A stretch of DNA of 57,990 bases, filler included, from Sphacelaria rigidula (taxonomy: Eukaryota): the NCBI GenBank assembly GCA_964200075.2. It is 9 parts of 9 records of this genome, joined end to end, with 100 filler letters (N's around TTAATTAATTAA, not from the genome) between each part and the next. Parts side by side here need not be neighbours in the genome. Positions count along the whole stretch, not along the records: positions 25,821 to 32,174 come from CAXNAA020020581.1; positions 32,275 to 38,628 come from CAXNAA020020582.1; 7 more parts are not named here. The stretch is one strand, 5' to 3'. Made by a program: the position numbers and the translations under genes. How positions within the stretch are numbered: the first letter of the stretch is position 1; the number at the start of each line of letters is the position of its first letter. The notes beneath the pieces were generated by a model that was given only the letters and a program-made list of their open reading frames with translations, was not told where the DNA came from and searched no databases. Shown piece after piece: positions 26,136 through 38,728 of this stretch.

Positions 26136-26233
26136 CCCTTAGACCGCGAGGATAGTCTTTCTTGATCATGCTTACTTTTTTCAAGTGAAATTGATGCCGA
26201 TTCAACAGATGATCTACTCTCGCTGTCCAAGGG
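26136..26233. mobile_element. 98-bp piggyBac-type MITE, second copy, opposite orientation
   Basis: TTAA-CCCTTAGAC...GTCCAAGGG-TTAA; same length as 20173-20270. Confidence 0.88.
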
Positions 26234-26886
26234 TTAAGACCACGTAAAACTTCAAGCAAGATTACTTTTGGCGGGGTATACTCCCCCCGTGTTTCTCTTT
26301 GCCGCGTTCTCGTTCATTTGGGAGTACGAACATACCGGTTATGCCGCCAATGTCACGAGAGCATGAGCGCAAAACAGTTGAAAACAATTCAACATTGCCT
26401 CGCCTTAGTCAGCAGCAAACACGAGACCGTGCAATGAGCCGTTGGCGAGTTAAACAGGGCACAGTAGCACGGCAGCACAGGAATGGTTTGCCGCATTAAC
26501 AATCACCCTGTTGTAAAAAAAAGCCCGATGATGTAAAAGCCACAGTGATGTACAAAGAACATGCCATGAATGTTCCACGCATTCCAATTTTTCGGTAGTG
26601 CCTCCCGCTGTCATGTCTTTGTGGCACGAGAGCTACTACGCACTCTGGCACCTCTAGAATATCACACATATCCTACGCCGGCGGTCCTGCCGTCGGCCTC
26701 CGTCTGAATTCCCATACTTCCGAACGGCATCCGTTAACACATGCGATGTTTTGTACAGCCACGATCACTACTGTACATTAAGATACAAAAGCCTCTCTTA
26801 ATATATATTTTCGACTTGCGTCATCCCCGGGCGGCACGTACCAACCTCCCGAGGGGAACCTTGTATATATATATATATATATATTC

Positions 26887-27236
26887 TAGAGCTCGGAAAT
26901 GGTATCAGTTATAGCTGGCCATTATCATTATAACGGTAATATGAAAAAAATGGATAATGGTTTCAAACCCATATTTACCGTCACCCGCCACGTAGGCTAC
27001 ATACAACCCTTGAAAATTGGCCCAAATTTAACGTATTTTTCAGCTCTAGTGAAGCCAAATTGCGTAAAAACGTGCCTCCCGCACGGCGCCTCCCGCACGG
27101 CGCCTCCGGCGGAGCCCCCTCTGCCGGGGAGGGCTTTTTGGCTCGTCACCATTATGTACCGTTTAACTGGTAAGCGAGTGCGCTACGCGTAGCCATTCAA
27201 CTAGTTGACGCTGAGACAAACCATTTCCTAGCTCTA
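26887..27236. mobile_element. hAT-like MITE
   Basis: TIRs TAGAGCTCGGAAATGGT and ACCATTTCCTAGCTCTA; the 8-bp flanks atatattc and atattttt match at 6 of 8 positions. Confidence 0.75.
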
Positions 27237-28762
27237 ATATTTTTTCTTGTTTAAGACGCTTTAATGTAGTGAAGACCACATTTTCACGAGAAGGCCCGTA
27301 CCTCCCGAAAAAAATGAAGAGCCCATTTTTGTTTTCTTCGGCATGCCTTCGCAATTCTCCATGATAAGTTTCAAATCTCAATTATTGAAACTGAGCTGGA
27401 AACCTGAGATTACGTCCGAGAGCATTGTCCATTTTCCCTTGAAACTCCCCTAGAAACAAAAAAAATGAAGAAGAAATGATACGCGATGTTTTTGTTTTGA
27501 TCACGCTCTAGCGGTTCTCCGTACGAAATTTCAAAGCATTACTCTCGAAAACTGAAACGCAGTATCCAGGTTTAGTGCATGACGTGCTTGTGCTCGAAAT
27601 ATATTGATTTTAGTATATCACCTCATGTGCGCCATATCTCGGAACAGATAACGAATCAGGCAAAAGTGGAGGTATGTCGTTTCCCCTTGCTCCAGGGAAT
27701 GTCCACATCAAAAATCTTCATCATCCGCTGTATATATCGTTTGGGGTTTCATGTAGACTTTAGTATAGACGCTATCTCCGCACGGTTTAGTAGTGACATG
27801 TGATTTAATGAACGAGAAAAAAATGACCCAAGCTTTTGAGCGAATGGGCACCTTCCTCATGATCATATCATTCATACCATATGCACATCACGGCCCAACT
27901 CGTCTATGTCGATGAGATATTGCTTTGAGAGCTTAAACCCGCGTCTAGGCCGGCCCAGCTCGTACTGTGCTACGAATATTCTGCAGGAAAACGTTTTGCC
28001 GTGACCCGTGCATCGACGGCTCCATCTTTCTTTACAGTAGGCAAGTTATTCTGACTCATGGTAGCACAACAGGACATGGATGGCACGGGGGTATCGGCGG
28101 TCAAGGCCTGAAAACACCGTCCACGGACTGGCGTTATGATTCAAAACATGTGTTGTAGCATTGACGCAAATGCTCGTAAAGCCAAATCCGCTCTAGGGAC
28201 ACTTCTGTACACCAAGAACGACCGCCGATTTTTCGGATTAGTTTTTGGATAGTATAATGCAAGCTATTTCTGTTCTATATCCAATGCATTTCTCGATGGG
28301 CGCTAAGCGCAGCAGGGCTCGCAAAGCACAATTCGTGGAGTTCCCTACGTCAGGGAAAAGTTGGCGCAGAAACGCTGAACCGAATACTTCTCAGAACATT
28401 TGTGATCCATATTCACAACAAGTGATCTTGAGCGCGTGCGGAGTGGTGATGTACATCTTCACAACGAGTCCGTCTCCATCCTATACCTCGCACTGTCATG
28501 AAGCGTGTTTGTTCTACCGCGATGTCGCACTTCAAATGATTTTTAAATACGGAACAAAACTGACAACCAGACTTGAAGATCAAAATACTGACTGGTTGAT
28601 TGATTGATTATCTCGCATTAGCTGAGTGCAACAATCCAGCCCGTGGTCAGGAGCAGCAAAACAACAAACATAATGAGGAAGAAAGAAGGAAAGAAACAGA
28701 AAAAGACAGGAGCAACAGCCACAGAAGGGAAGCAGCGACAACAGCAAACAACAACGGCAACA

Positions 28763-28953
28763 AGGCGGTGTCTTATCACATTAGTTTTCGATCGAAATTG
28801 TGCGGTGGAGAACAAAGGTTTCGATCTGATGAGTCGTGATTTCAACCATCTTTAGATTTTCCGACGATGGTTGACATCATGACTCATCAGATCGGGATTT
28901 TCAATTTTTACCGCAAAATTTCGATCGAAAACTAATGTGCTAAGACACCGCCT
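28763..28953. mobile_element. Near-palindromic MITE (about 88-bp arms, about 15-bp loop)
   Basis: AGGCGGTGTCTTA...gatttcaaccatc pairs with gatggttgacatc...TAAGACACCGCCT. Confidence 0.85.
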
Positions 28954-31933
28954 GTTAACAACAACGAACACACACAAAAACAACCAACACAACAAGATAA
29001 TTATCTCGCATTACGTAAATAATTGTAACGCTCAAGCTCGTCACCATAAAAACAAAAATAGAGAAGAATGAAAAAATTTAAGAAAACAAGAAATAGAAGA
29101 GTAAAACGTAGATGAATGAATACGAAACAACACTAAACTCATTGTTTTGACCCAGAATTTTGACGTTGTTATACATGGACGCTCATCAGAAGGCTTGGCG
29201 TAACAAGCTCGCTCGGCACAACGAGGTAGATAACCCCTTCCTGCTACCCATCCAGCGGAGTGGTGGTGAGTGAGGACGAAATTGTTCTGTCGAGTATCGG
29301 CGTTAGGGACGTGGGGAGATGACGCAAGCGCGGTACATCCTGGCCTTTGGTGGGTCGAAACCCAACATATTGTACCGTGCTACCGACAGAATGCACAACG
29401 AGCTGCTCGCGCAGCACTCTCTGAGCAATCACATGTAACATGCACCCCTCCCTGTACACTGCAGTTTCGTTGATTCGTTGATACTCGCCGCGTAGACAGA
29501 GCAGACCCTGAGAAATTGTCGTCTGCAACAAGTACTCTCTGCGTCCTTCTAGGTACTTGCCTTCACCGTCTCGCGTTTTTTGGTGTAAATGCCTTTGTTG
29601 CTTGATACAATCTGTAAGTTGACGGCAATTTGCACCGTGAGAGTAATAGAAGAAAATTATCATGGCTCGTGAAATACCGAATGAGTTAGCGTCAAACCAC
29701 TGCTGGTGTTGGCAGTCGTGCAAGAGTATGCCTTGGGGTTGTTGTGGCAGTGCTAAGGATGTATGCGCGTGTAATATGTTTGCCGCAAACATCATGTGGC
29801 CATGTGTTTGCCACTCGTCCGCCCCGACCAAACAGCGAGCTCGACAGAGGCGATTCAGTGGCAACGTGTTGATTGCTTGGGTCCAGAACTCGTTACAAGT
29901 CATGAATGACGCGCAGAAGTCGTGAATGACGCTCAACTCCCCCGGTACGCACTGCTGCTTGGGACAAGCACTCTTTCACGTGTCGGACAGCTCATGAGCC
30001 ACCTAAATATTACCTCTTATTAGTGTCCTCATCCGGATCACGAGCTAGCTCATGTGAGCGTTTTCGCATATTTGCCACCTGCAGCGCTGGACAATGAGCA
30101 CGCGGAGTAGCGTAAGGGTAGCGCTTCGGCTTATCGGACCCTGCCGTCACGTGATTTGTGTTTTGGGGTGAGGGATGTGGGAGTCCCCTTCGAGTGGATA
30201 TATTGGGTAGCTCATGAGTTGTCTGACATGTGCACTTGTCAGGTACGCCTGCCTTGATGAACGCGGTGTCGTGATTGATAACGCCACGATCGGAACATAC
30301 ATTCGTTCTGTACATGATGTGCGCGTTTTCTTGCTCTACCTCAACAAATCGGCGCGATTGTTTCAAACGAAACAAGAATATGGGTGACGGTATCAAAATT
30401 GTTCTTGAGCTTGTGCCAAGTGATCCAAACATTCATGTGGAACACCTCCTGCCTTTCATATCTCCAGGTACTCGCGGGAACCGTTCAACGGCACTCTTTG
30501 TGAAAATTATGCTTTAAGCGTTTGGGCAGTAGCCATTGAAAATGTGCACATTTTGTAGTCAGTATTTGGTCAGTGACTATTGAAAATGAACCGGACTCAC
30601 CAGTTAGTCGACTGCGCGCGGATGCGAAGTACCACCACATTTTCCGCCAACTTATCGAACTCCAAAGTAATCATTGTGCGGTTGCAGGATCAGTAGGTTG
30701 TTTCGTTGTATGGACTGCCAAGGAGGCGGCTATGGACACGGTAAAACGAATATCTGCATTGAAAGAGACGTGTTCCCGCACTCTGGTGCCACATACGAGG
30801 TGCTACCCGTGCCAGATCATGCGGCGGTGGGTGTCCAGGCGACGCATGCTTTTGGCCGCATGAGATACGCAAATCGTCGCAAGGTGCTCGTTTCACCCGT
30901 ATATACCGCCATTTTTGCTCTGTTCAAGCTGTCGCCGATGACGAACTAGTCGGTTCTTTTTACCGTGACGGCTTGTAGAAGTCTTTCAATTTTGCCTGAA
31001 GTTGATAAAACGACAGAAAACTCTGCCGAAATTAGGCCATCGCAAGGGAACATGTGTTCGGGAGGAATGGATGAGAAACGGCTTTATTTCACACGTGGTA
31101 AAGTGCGACAATCACCACCTTTTCAAGTGAACGGCGCCCGGCTGTCCCGGATTACTGGCACTAGAGTCATTGCGATTACCGCTCACATCCCCCTTCCCAT
31201 CTTCAGTCTTCGCAACACACCTTCCCCCTGCGAAGCCTGTAGTAGTCAACATCTGGAATCTAAACTGGCGATTAAAAGGGATTTTGCCAGGTTTCTCGGT
31301 AACCAAGACGCCACATGGTTGGTGGGTGATGCTCTGCTTTCAGGATCGAAATGTGATGGTTTGATCCATCTTGAATGGCTTGCCGGCTATTGGTCGTCGG
31401 AGATTCCACGGGTTTCTTACCCCAGTATATCGTTCCTTGATATGTTCGCTGGACCCAACCGTCCCAATCGTTGGTTGCAAACAATGCTATGGTTCAGTTG
31501 TTTATGCCCTGGATTCGCAGGGCGTTTTGCCCAACAATCGTTTTTTTTCACCAAATGCGATCATCAGATCCCCTCAAAAAAAGGGTTTTACTCCATATAT
31601 CTCCGACATAAAATGTTGGAAGATTAATCAAAACAGCGAACTGCTTCTACCAATACCTATCGGTTCTCAAACTTTCGAGTGAAAGATGACAAGTCGTGTG
31701 TGAAAAGATCCCGATTAAGCGAATCCTGTATTCAAACGTTACCTAGTGTACTGCACCTCTGCGGCGTTGATCTCGACATAAATTCCCGATGCTTGGAGTT
31801 TACAGCTGTCCTTTTCCACGATATATAGTGTACCTCGCGCCTGTTTTCCCCTCGTGTCTGCACTGGATCTTCATCACTCCGCTGATCTGGTTTTGTCGTG
31901 CTTTTTTCCCCCGGCCGCCTATCCGCCTTGCAG

Positions 31934-32041
31934 ATTGTAGCACCCGCGCCTGCGTTCAACCCCAACGTCAATGGTACCAGGCTACCACAGCCGGTAGACT
32001 GGGGCTCAGATGCGGCACCCGATACCGACCGGGGAAGACAG
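31934..32041 (+). CDS. Possible isolated internal exon (108 nt), product unknown
   Basis: ccttgcag acceptor and gtgact donor; more than one frame is open. Confidence 0.3.
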
Positions 32042-32174
32042 GTGACTCCTTCAGTGATTGGAGCTCTTTTATTCGTACGTTTTCCTCGTGGGTCCCCCCC
32101 TTCCCCCCCCCCCCCCCCCCCCCCCCCGCCCAGTTCTACTCACCGTCCCCCCATGACCCCCTGTCGCCTCCCTC

Positions 32175-32274
32175 NNNNNNNNNNNNNNNNNNNNNNNNNN
32201 NNNNNNNNNNNNNNNNNNTTAATTAATTAANNNNNNNNNNNNNNNNNNNNNNNNNNNNNNNNNNNNNNNNNNNN
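32175..32274. other. Artificial contig spacer
   Basis: N44-TTAATTAATTAA-N44. Confidence 0.98.
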
Positions 32275-32609
32275 CGTAGCATTGGCATTGGCCCGAACGG
32301 TCATCTCCGGGGGGGGGGGCGGAGGAACTTGCACACTAAAATCAGCAATGAATCTCGTGGACGCCTCGTTACAAAGTATGCTTCACGCTCGTGAGTTCGA
32401 TATACTCTATATATGGACTATAAACATGGAGACAGAGAGAGAAGGAGAGATACATGAGAGATCAAACATAAATGTTAAACGGAGAAACAACGGACGGGAA
32501 AAAGCGAATCCAATACAATCAAAGAAGACAAAAACATAAACACGTCGTGCATGTTCGAAAAACGTCACACCAAACGGTCCATGGCAACATGCATGTGAAA
32601 AACGATCAC

Positions 32610-35600
32610 CTCGATGGCACTGAAGCAATCCCGTCTATGGGTGAGGACGGTGGCCCAGGATGTGACCGGATCCAGGGTGCGGGACGGAGCTTGTCTTGAC
32701 CACGTTCCGAGTAATCCCCGCACTCGTGCCTCTATGCCACCGTCGCTCCCCGCGGCGTGCGACCTAGAACCGGTCCATACTCTCTTGTCATGGAAGGATA
32801 AAAAATCTTCGACCTGTTGGGAGTCGCCGGCCCAGCAACCACACACACACAGCAAGCATGTTTTCGAGTTCATCGCTTGCTGCATGCTACCTACCGGCTA
32901 TATCGAAGCCAGCCCTTCTGAACATTGCACACGTCGGACAGATCATGATCCGTCTGGAAATTACTTCTTCTCAGTATACTGATCCAGATCATGATCCGGA
33001 TCATGTGGTCCCCATTGTCCACATCTGCTCCTTACAGCGCCGGACGCTGAGCATGCTGAGTAGCGCAAAGGTTACGCTTTGGCTTCTCAGACTCCAAGGC
33101 CACATATTTTTTGTTTCTGGATTAACGGATCCGAGAGTCTTCTGCGATTAGTTGTTTCAGACAGATCATGATCTGCCCGACGTATGGTTCACATTTCTTC
33201 TTTATTTAGGACTTTCCACAAACCTAGATCGCTCGAAACACACGAATAATAATCAATACTCCGAAGTTGAACACGGGTGATGGCCTGCCCTAAGGCCCAA
33301 TCGCTGTACTCTCATTATTTTCATGTACGACATTTCCTGCAGACTCTGTAACTGGAAATAGTTCTGACTGACCCAAATACTGCATCACAATCACTTCTGA
33401 GCTAAGCATGTAGTTCTGGACGGAGTCAGTAGTTACCGACTTCGGTACTCTCGCAAATTCTTGCGGTCGGCGCTGGAGGGCAACCTCGCGAGGTTCGCGG
33501 GACGAGCCAGGCGTTGGGCACTACGCCATGCTGCGGGGATTTCTCATTCTGCGCTACAAACACGATGAAGAGGAGAGGAATTACCGTGGCGAGCGAAGCA
33601 TGGATGCACAAACTCCGACCTCGAAACACCGTGGACAAATTGAGCAACGGGCCCGTTAGGCACCAGCGCTCACACAGACCAGCTAAAATAGATGTCCTGA
33701 AGCCCGTAGTGATTGATATAAATCGTGTTGGCATGTCAATTGTTTGGGTGAGTGAGAGCAACCCTGCAAGGCCGGGCAAATTTCTCGGGCCAGAGGATGA
33801 GCTTTGACTGCCTCAGCAACCTCACACCTCACACCGTGCTCGGCACATCAACCGCAATTGGTTCTGGGAAGATTTGATATCAGCCCCCCCCGCCTCCAAA
33901 ACAAAATTACAAAGAGGAAACAAAAGCGAAAACGAAGAACAAAACGCCCTACCTCGACTACGAGCTGAAGTCCGCGAAGTTGGTCCTGCCTAGCGGCCTC
34001 CGCGCATGCGTGCAGCCCCGCCCATTTCTCCTAAAGTAGGTGCAAATTTTGTCCCACGTCACAACACAACATATATATATATATGTACTGATTTGATTCA
34101 TTTATTGATTGTCGCACTTTAATTGACAACCCATGGGTCCAGCCGTGGTCGCATGTACAAGTGTATGCATATATTGCCACACGATTAATCCATCCACTCC
34201 GTCCGGACGAGTCTATGGTCTCAAGGAATCAATCAATCTCGCGGATGGAATCGACATTCTCGCACCGAGCCTACCGTCGACATATACTGTAAACTTTTTT
34301 TTCTACATACGCCATCATGTTTTGAACGGCAGAAATCAGACGCTGCTGAAGGAAAAACCCGAATGCATCTGCGGGAAACCGAATCCGCACATTCCGACCT
34401 AATAGCTCGCGACCACCGGGGCGGCAACCGGGGCGGGGCAGCGGATATTGCGAGCTCAACATCAACTACTCTTCAACACATTTTATCACGATGACAACAA
34501 CAACAAAAATTGGGTGCAAAATTATTGAAAAAATGATGAAACATCATGTCAAGAAGGGTATCGACATAGATACGTACAGGTTGGGAGGGAAATATTACTG
34601 TATGGTTGTTGGTCCAAATCACATCGCAGCTATGGAAACAAAAATGCGGGTGCAGTCATTTTCGGAATAATGACGAGGTCATGCTCAACACACAGGACAA
34701 TGATTCACCTCGGGAGATCATCTGTGCCGACGCATTCATAAACCGGGATGAATCAATACATGACCGGACTCAATATGTTGGATTTTCAGCAGGCACTGGT
34801 ACTAAATAGCTTGCATGTTGTCTGGTACCCATGCAGAACTTTCCCGTAGTGAGGATCTCGGGGCAAAATTATCTCGTAGTATGTGTTCATTATCCGGCAC
34901 GGTCACCCGCTTTTTCCTTTTTATGTCTTCAGGTTCTCCGACTCCCGAGTGTACTGCGATGGCTGGCGTGGCGGACTAATATCCACGTAATGGATGGACA
35001 CATCCAACCCGTACCTGGAAGCGATCATAGCAACGACTGACGTACTGATGTGCACGGCCCAGCTGCCCGCCCAACAAAAACGCCATGGCTAGCTCCCCCG
35101 GCATGTTGGTCTCCAACCATGCCAGTCGCGTCATGGTAGTCGACGTTGACGCCGACGATGGACCAAAGGAGCTTGCTAACTTGACGGGAGGTGCGTCAAG
35201 ATCGGCCAAACCCTTACGCGTTTTTCGGAAGCATCATGCAACAGAAGAAATGTCGTCATTCAGTGAGGCCATCTATTACATCAACTACATACTCAATGAG
35301 GTAATAGAATAAAATATGTGAAGAACGAACAGAATAATGAGAACGCCAACCCGGGGTCCTTACACGATGAAGGACACTCATATTTTCACACATTGTGCTT
35401 CCAGATCGCTCCCTGCTTTACCAGAAAAAAATGATTATGGCGACTTCTTTGTCCACGTGGCCATGTCCTTCGTGGTACCCGGGTCAAGCCGAAGGTGACC
35501 TAAGCGAGCCTCAACAACTGACGCTACACTGAAAACGGCGGTCGCAGCGTGGAGTTCAATGGTCGGAACGGTCAGCAAGAGTAACTCGAATAGTTAATAG

Positions 35601-37009
35601 TTGGTTGCGTGCGGTAAATGCGGTAAATGCCCACAAAGGAAACAACCCACCCTGCCGATAATGCCTATTCGAAGCTCAAGTTCTCCACAGAATAACATCC
35701 TGTACTACCCAATGCACAGAGTCCGTCGGGGTCTCTCCCACCGTAACGTATTTTGGCGTTACTACAATAACCACGTTTACTCTGGCCAAATCGAAGCTGA
35801 ACAATTTGTCATCGAGGACGGGAGGCGCGCGCCGCCGAGGAAGGGGAGGCGTTGTATGCGGTGTAACATCTGGCACCAAGACCGCGTTCTAATCTTTCGT
35901 TTCACCAGGAACGAGTTGACTGACACGATGCACTGCAGCCACGCACTTGCGGCTGGGGTTCGCGTGTGGGGGACGGGCAGGGGGGGTGGGGCACGAGGAG
36001 GCAGAAGACGCGTGATAGCAATGATGTCGCAGTGCCCGTGCCGCGCGTGGGTACTGGAACGCACTCGGAAACAGTGCCATTTCACAAATGCCTAGACATG
36101 CATTATGAGAACCCTCCGCTGCGAGTGAGTGCCGACACACCCGAACTCGACCATGCTGCCACGCTTCCGGCAGGTCATGTTCCACCACACACACGGTGAT
36201 TACAACGAGCAAACAAAAAATAACTGTTCGCAGCATACCAAAGCGGAAACAAATTCAAGTGTGCACGGCATGTGTTCCCACATGGACAAGAACCAGCATG
36301 CAGGTGCCGGTGCAACAAGAAACAAGCTCATCTCTCTTCTCACCTCTAGGAAAACCTTGAAATCGAGCTCCGGTCTGTTTTCATCGTGCACAATCGACCG
36401 AACGAAGTACGGCAGAATCTCATCTCGCCTTTCCGGCGGCTCAGTCGCCCACACCCGCCGTTGCCTCTCGGCGACAAGCCTTGCCAGGGGAGCGCCGACG
36501 AGATTTTGACTTTCGTCGTCGTCATCCTCTTCCAATTCTTCTGAAGCGAACCCCACTACCGCAGCGCGAACATCCTTCGATCAGGGTTGAGAGAAGAGCG
36601 GAGGGAGGGGGATGGGGGTGTACTCATTTGTTGCTTGCTTTAGCCATTTGACCATTGGACATCCCTTTAGAGACGGAGCACCGTTCGTACTCCTAATAGA
36701 GACACCTTCAACATTTCGGCGCCCATTACGTTCCTTCCATACATTGCACAAAAACCTTTTATATATTTTATCCCCATTCTATTTCGCCGTCTGTGGCCAC
36801 CATCTATCTCCTAGTATAGCCATCGTTCTCTCCCTACTGTATAATGGCGACGGGGGGTGGAGGGGGGTGAACAACGATTGAGGCAGAGGTCCGGCGCAAC
36901 GTGTTTCACGTCAAGGAAACACGGCTTTACATAAAGGGATCATGGCTGGTCTAGCCGATGTTACCAACAACAACAGGAATACAACCGAGGCAATAAAAAC
37001 AGCAGCAGC

Positions 37010-37040
<31 letters not shown>

Positions 37041-37907
37041 GCAGCAGCAGCAAGAGCTAACATATAAACAGACGCGACAACACCGGTATTGACGGCAGTT
37101 TAGGCCACTCGCCCTTGAGCGTGGGGTGACCGTCACGTGGGCGATGGGAGTCCATTAACTGCACCACCCCACGTCTATGTTCACTTTCGTGTGTGATGAT
37201 TGATGTGGTCATGCGTCTCGACAATGAAAAGAAGGAGCCTGCGGATCGACCTTTTTCTGAAGGTGTGGTAATACCCAGATGGAGGGATTGACCACAAGCC
37301 TTGGCGAGAGCAACCTTACCGAATTCATCCGGGGAGGGAAATACCCCGACTCGTTGCAGTCTAGTTAGTACCCGTGAGAACCAAATGCCGTGATTGTGCA
37401 CCTTTTCGTCTAATCACTTTTCCAAACGTCACCGGTGCTGGGTATGTACACATGCTCAGTCAACAAGACGCAGTCATGTGGAGACGCTCAAGTAAACTGC
37501 AAGGTAACATAGTGAGTACTGTTCGGAGAAACCCGTAGACATCGTGTTATATATAACTTCACTCCTTTGCCGTTGTTCGCGGAGCATTTCTTCTGTACGA
37601 AGAGTCGCACATATTTTGTTTTGAGCACCGGTGCGAGAAAAGCAACAAACATACCTTCCACTGCCCGAGCTGTCTCATGCACTCCAGCCTCCGCATGTCC
37701 CACGCCGAGAGTTCGGCAACGCTGGCACCCGGTTCTTCGGTTTCCAGCAATGTTCCGCCGCCTCCACTGATACTCTTGCTTCGCCGCAAGGAATCGCTTT
37801 CCTCCTGGGGGTCGTCCTCAAATCTGTTCTCGAATCGCCTCAGGAGTTGAGTGTAGATGTCCATAGCCGCCTTGAAATCGCCGGATAATTCCGCCGCAAG
37901 CGCTTGC
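32610..37907 (-). CDS. PRKDC: DNA-dependent protein kinase catalytic subunit, FAT-domain region. Exons 37907-37655, 36574-36344, 35212-35015, 34030-33953, 32813-32610.
   Basis: Phase-consistent GT-AG splicing gives QALAAELSGDFKAAMDIY...ELSAWDMRRLECMRQLGQWK...VW...ILPYFVRS...WLETNMPGELAMAFL...RAHQYV...RQDQLRGLQLVVEVEDFLSF...LLGTWSRQAPSRTLDPVTSWATVLTHRRDCFSAIE. This is colinear with the DNA-PKcs FAT segment as recalled (ALLAE...FWELASLDCY...LPYMIRS...LLNTWTNRYPD...DPMNIWDDIITNR). Confidence 0.88.
32928..33186. mobile_element. Intronic MITE with about 33-bp TIRs and repeated GATCATGATC motifs
   Basis: CACACGTCGGACAGATCATGATCCGTCTG pairs with CAGACAGATCATGATCTGCCCGACGTATG. Confidence 0.75.
34087..34155 (-). 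repeat. Dispersed repeat ending in (AATC)n, probably a non-LTR retroelement 3' end; other copies at about 43370-43445, 53226-53320 and 56900-56980
   Basis: Shared GACCACGGCTGGA...GTCAGTTAAAGTGCGACAATCAAT core. Confidence 0.7.
36600..36845 (-). mobile_element. LINE 3'-end fragment, same family as 52670-53470
   Basis: Shared tactcatttgttgcttgc...gagacggagcaccg...tgtggccacca...ctcctagtata blocks. Confidence 0.7.
36998..37053. repeat. (CAG/CAA)n microsatellite
   Basis: Seen directly. Confidence 0.95.
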
Positions 37908-38628
37908 CTGCGAGATGATATGCACGAGGGGTGTCACCCTTGGGGAGTCATCAGGCACGGTCATTCGTTAAATTCCGTCTTAATATCGATAGTCGTCAAC
38001 ATGCTACCCAGAGCACGCACGCACTTACTCCTCTCAGGTTTAGTGGGAGGCTCTCGTGTTCGTCTGCTGGCTCGAATAACCGAAGAACGCTACCCGCAGG
38101 GACACTCGCGCTTCCCACAATACTGGCGAGTCGAAACACTACGTACTAGCCAACCAGAGTCTTCGAAGGCGTGTGTGGCCGTCATGTGCTCAGTTTCCGG
38201 AAGGGTTGACATGTACACTCATTTGCTCGAATATTCTGTCATCCATTCGTTGATTCATCGATCGACTCGAGCGTTTCATTTGAATCTGCCTATTCGCCTG
38301 CCCGTGCGATCCGCACACAGAGATCGCAGATGAAATTGTTGCCTGTCGACACATACTCGAAACTGCGCTGAGTCTTCTCTTTGCTAAATGTTTTCAAGAC
38401 ATTTCCATCGAGATAACCATGTGGATATCTGTCGAAGATGCGCTCGGAAACATGGCCAGGACATGAAGCAGTGTAAAAGCTGTGGCTGTCTCTGGAAGCG
38501 GCGGTACCACAAAATTGAACAACTCATTGCTGGCTGTCATCCCAATGCAGGATAATCAGTAGGCTTCGGGCCGAACAACCTTAGCAGGATGCAACTTGCC
38601 CTTCATGCGCCTCGCCGAACACACCACG

Positions 38629-38728
38629 NNNNNNNNNNNNNNNNNNNNNNNNNNNNNNNNNNNNNNNNNNNNTTAATTAATTAANNNNNNNNNNNNNNNN
38701 NNNNNNNNNNNNNNNNNNNNNNNNNNNN
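38629..38728. other. Artificial contig spacer
   Basis: N44-TTAATTAATTAA-N44. Confidence 0.98.

Noticed and set aside
29244..31627. Long ORFs 29244-29936 (minus) and 30965-31627 (plus) as real single-exon genes
   Set aside because: No motifs recognised; ORFs of this length can arise by chance or antisense to decayed coding DNA.
36951..37136. Poly-Cys protein ORF
   Set aside because: It is the translation of an intronic CAA/CAG microsatellite.
38599..38628. Further DNA-PKcs exon end (RGVFGEAHE) with a GC donor
   Set aside because: Only 30 bp before the gap, spacing to the next motif is too short and the donor is non-canonical.
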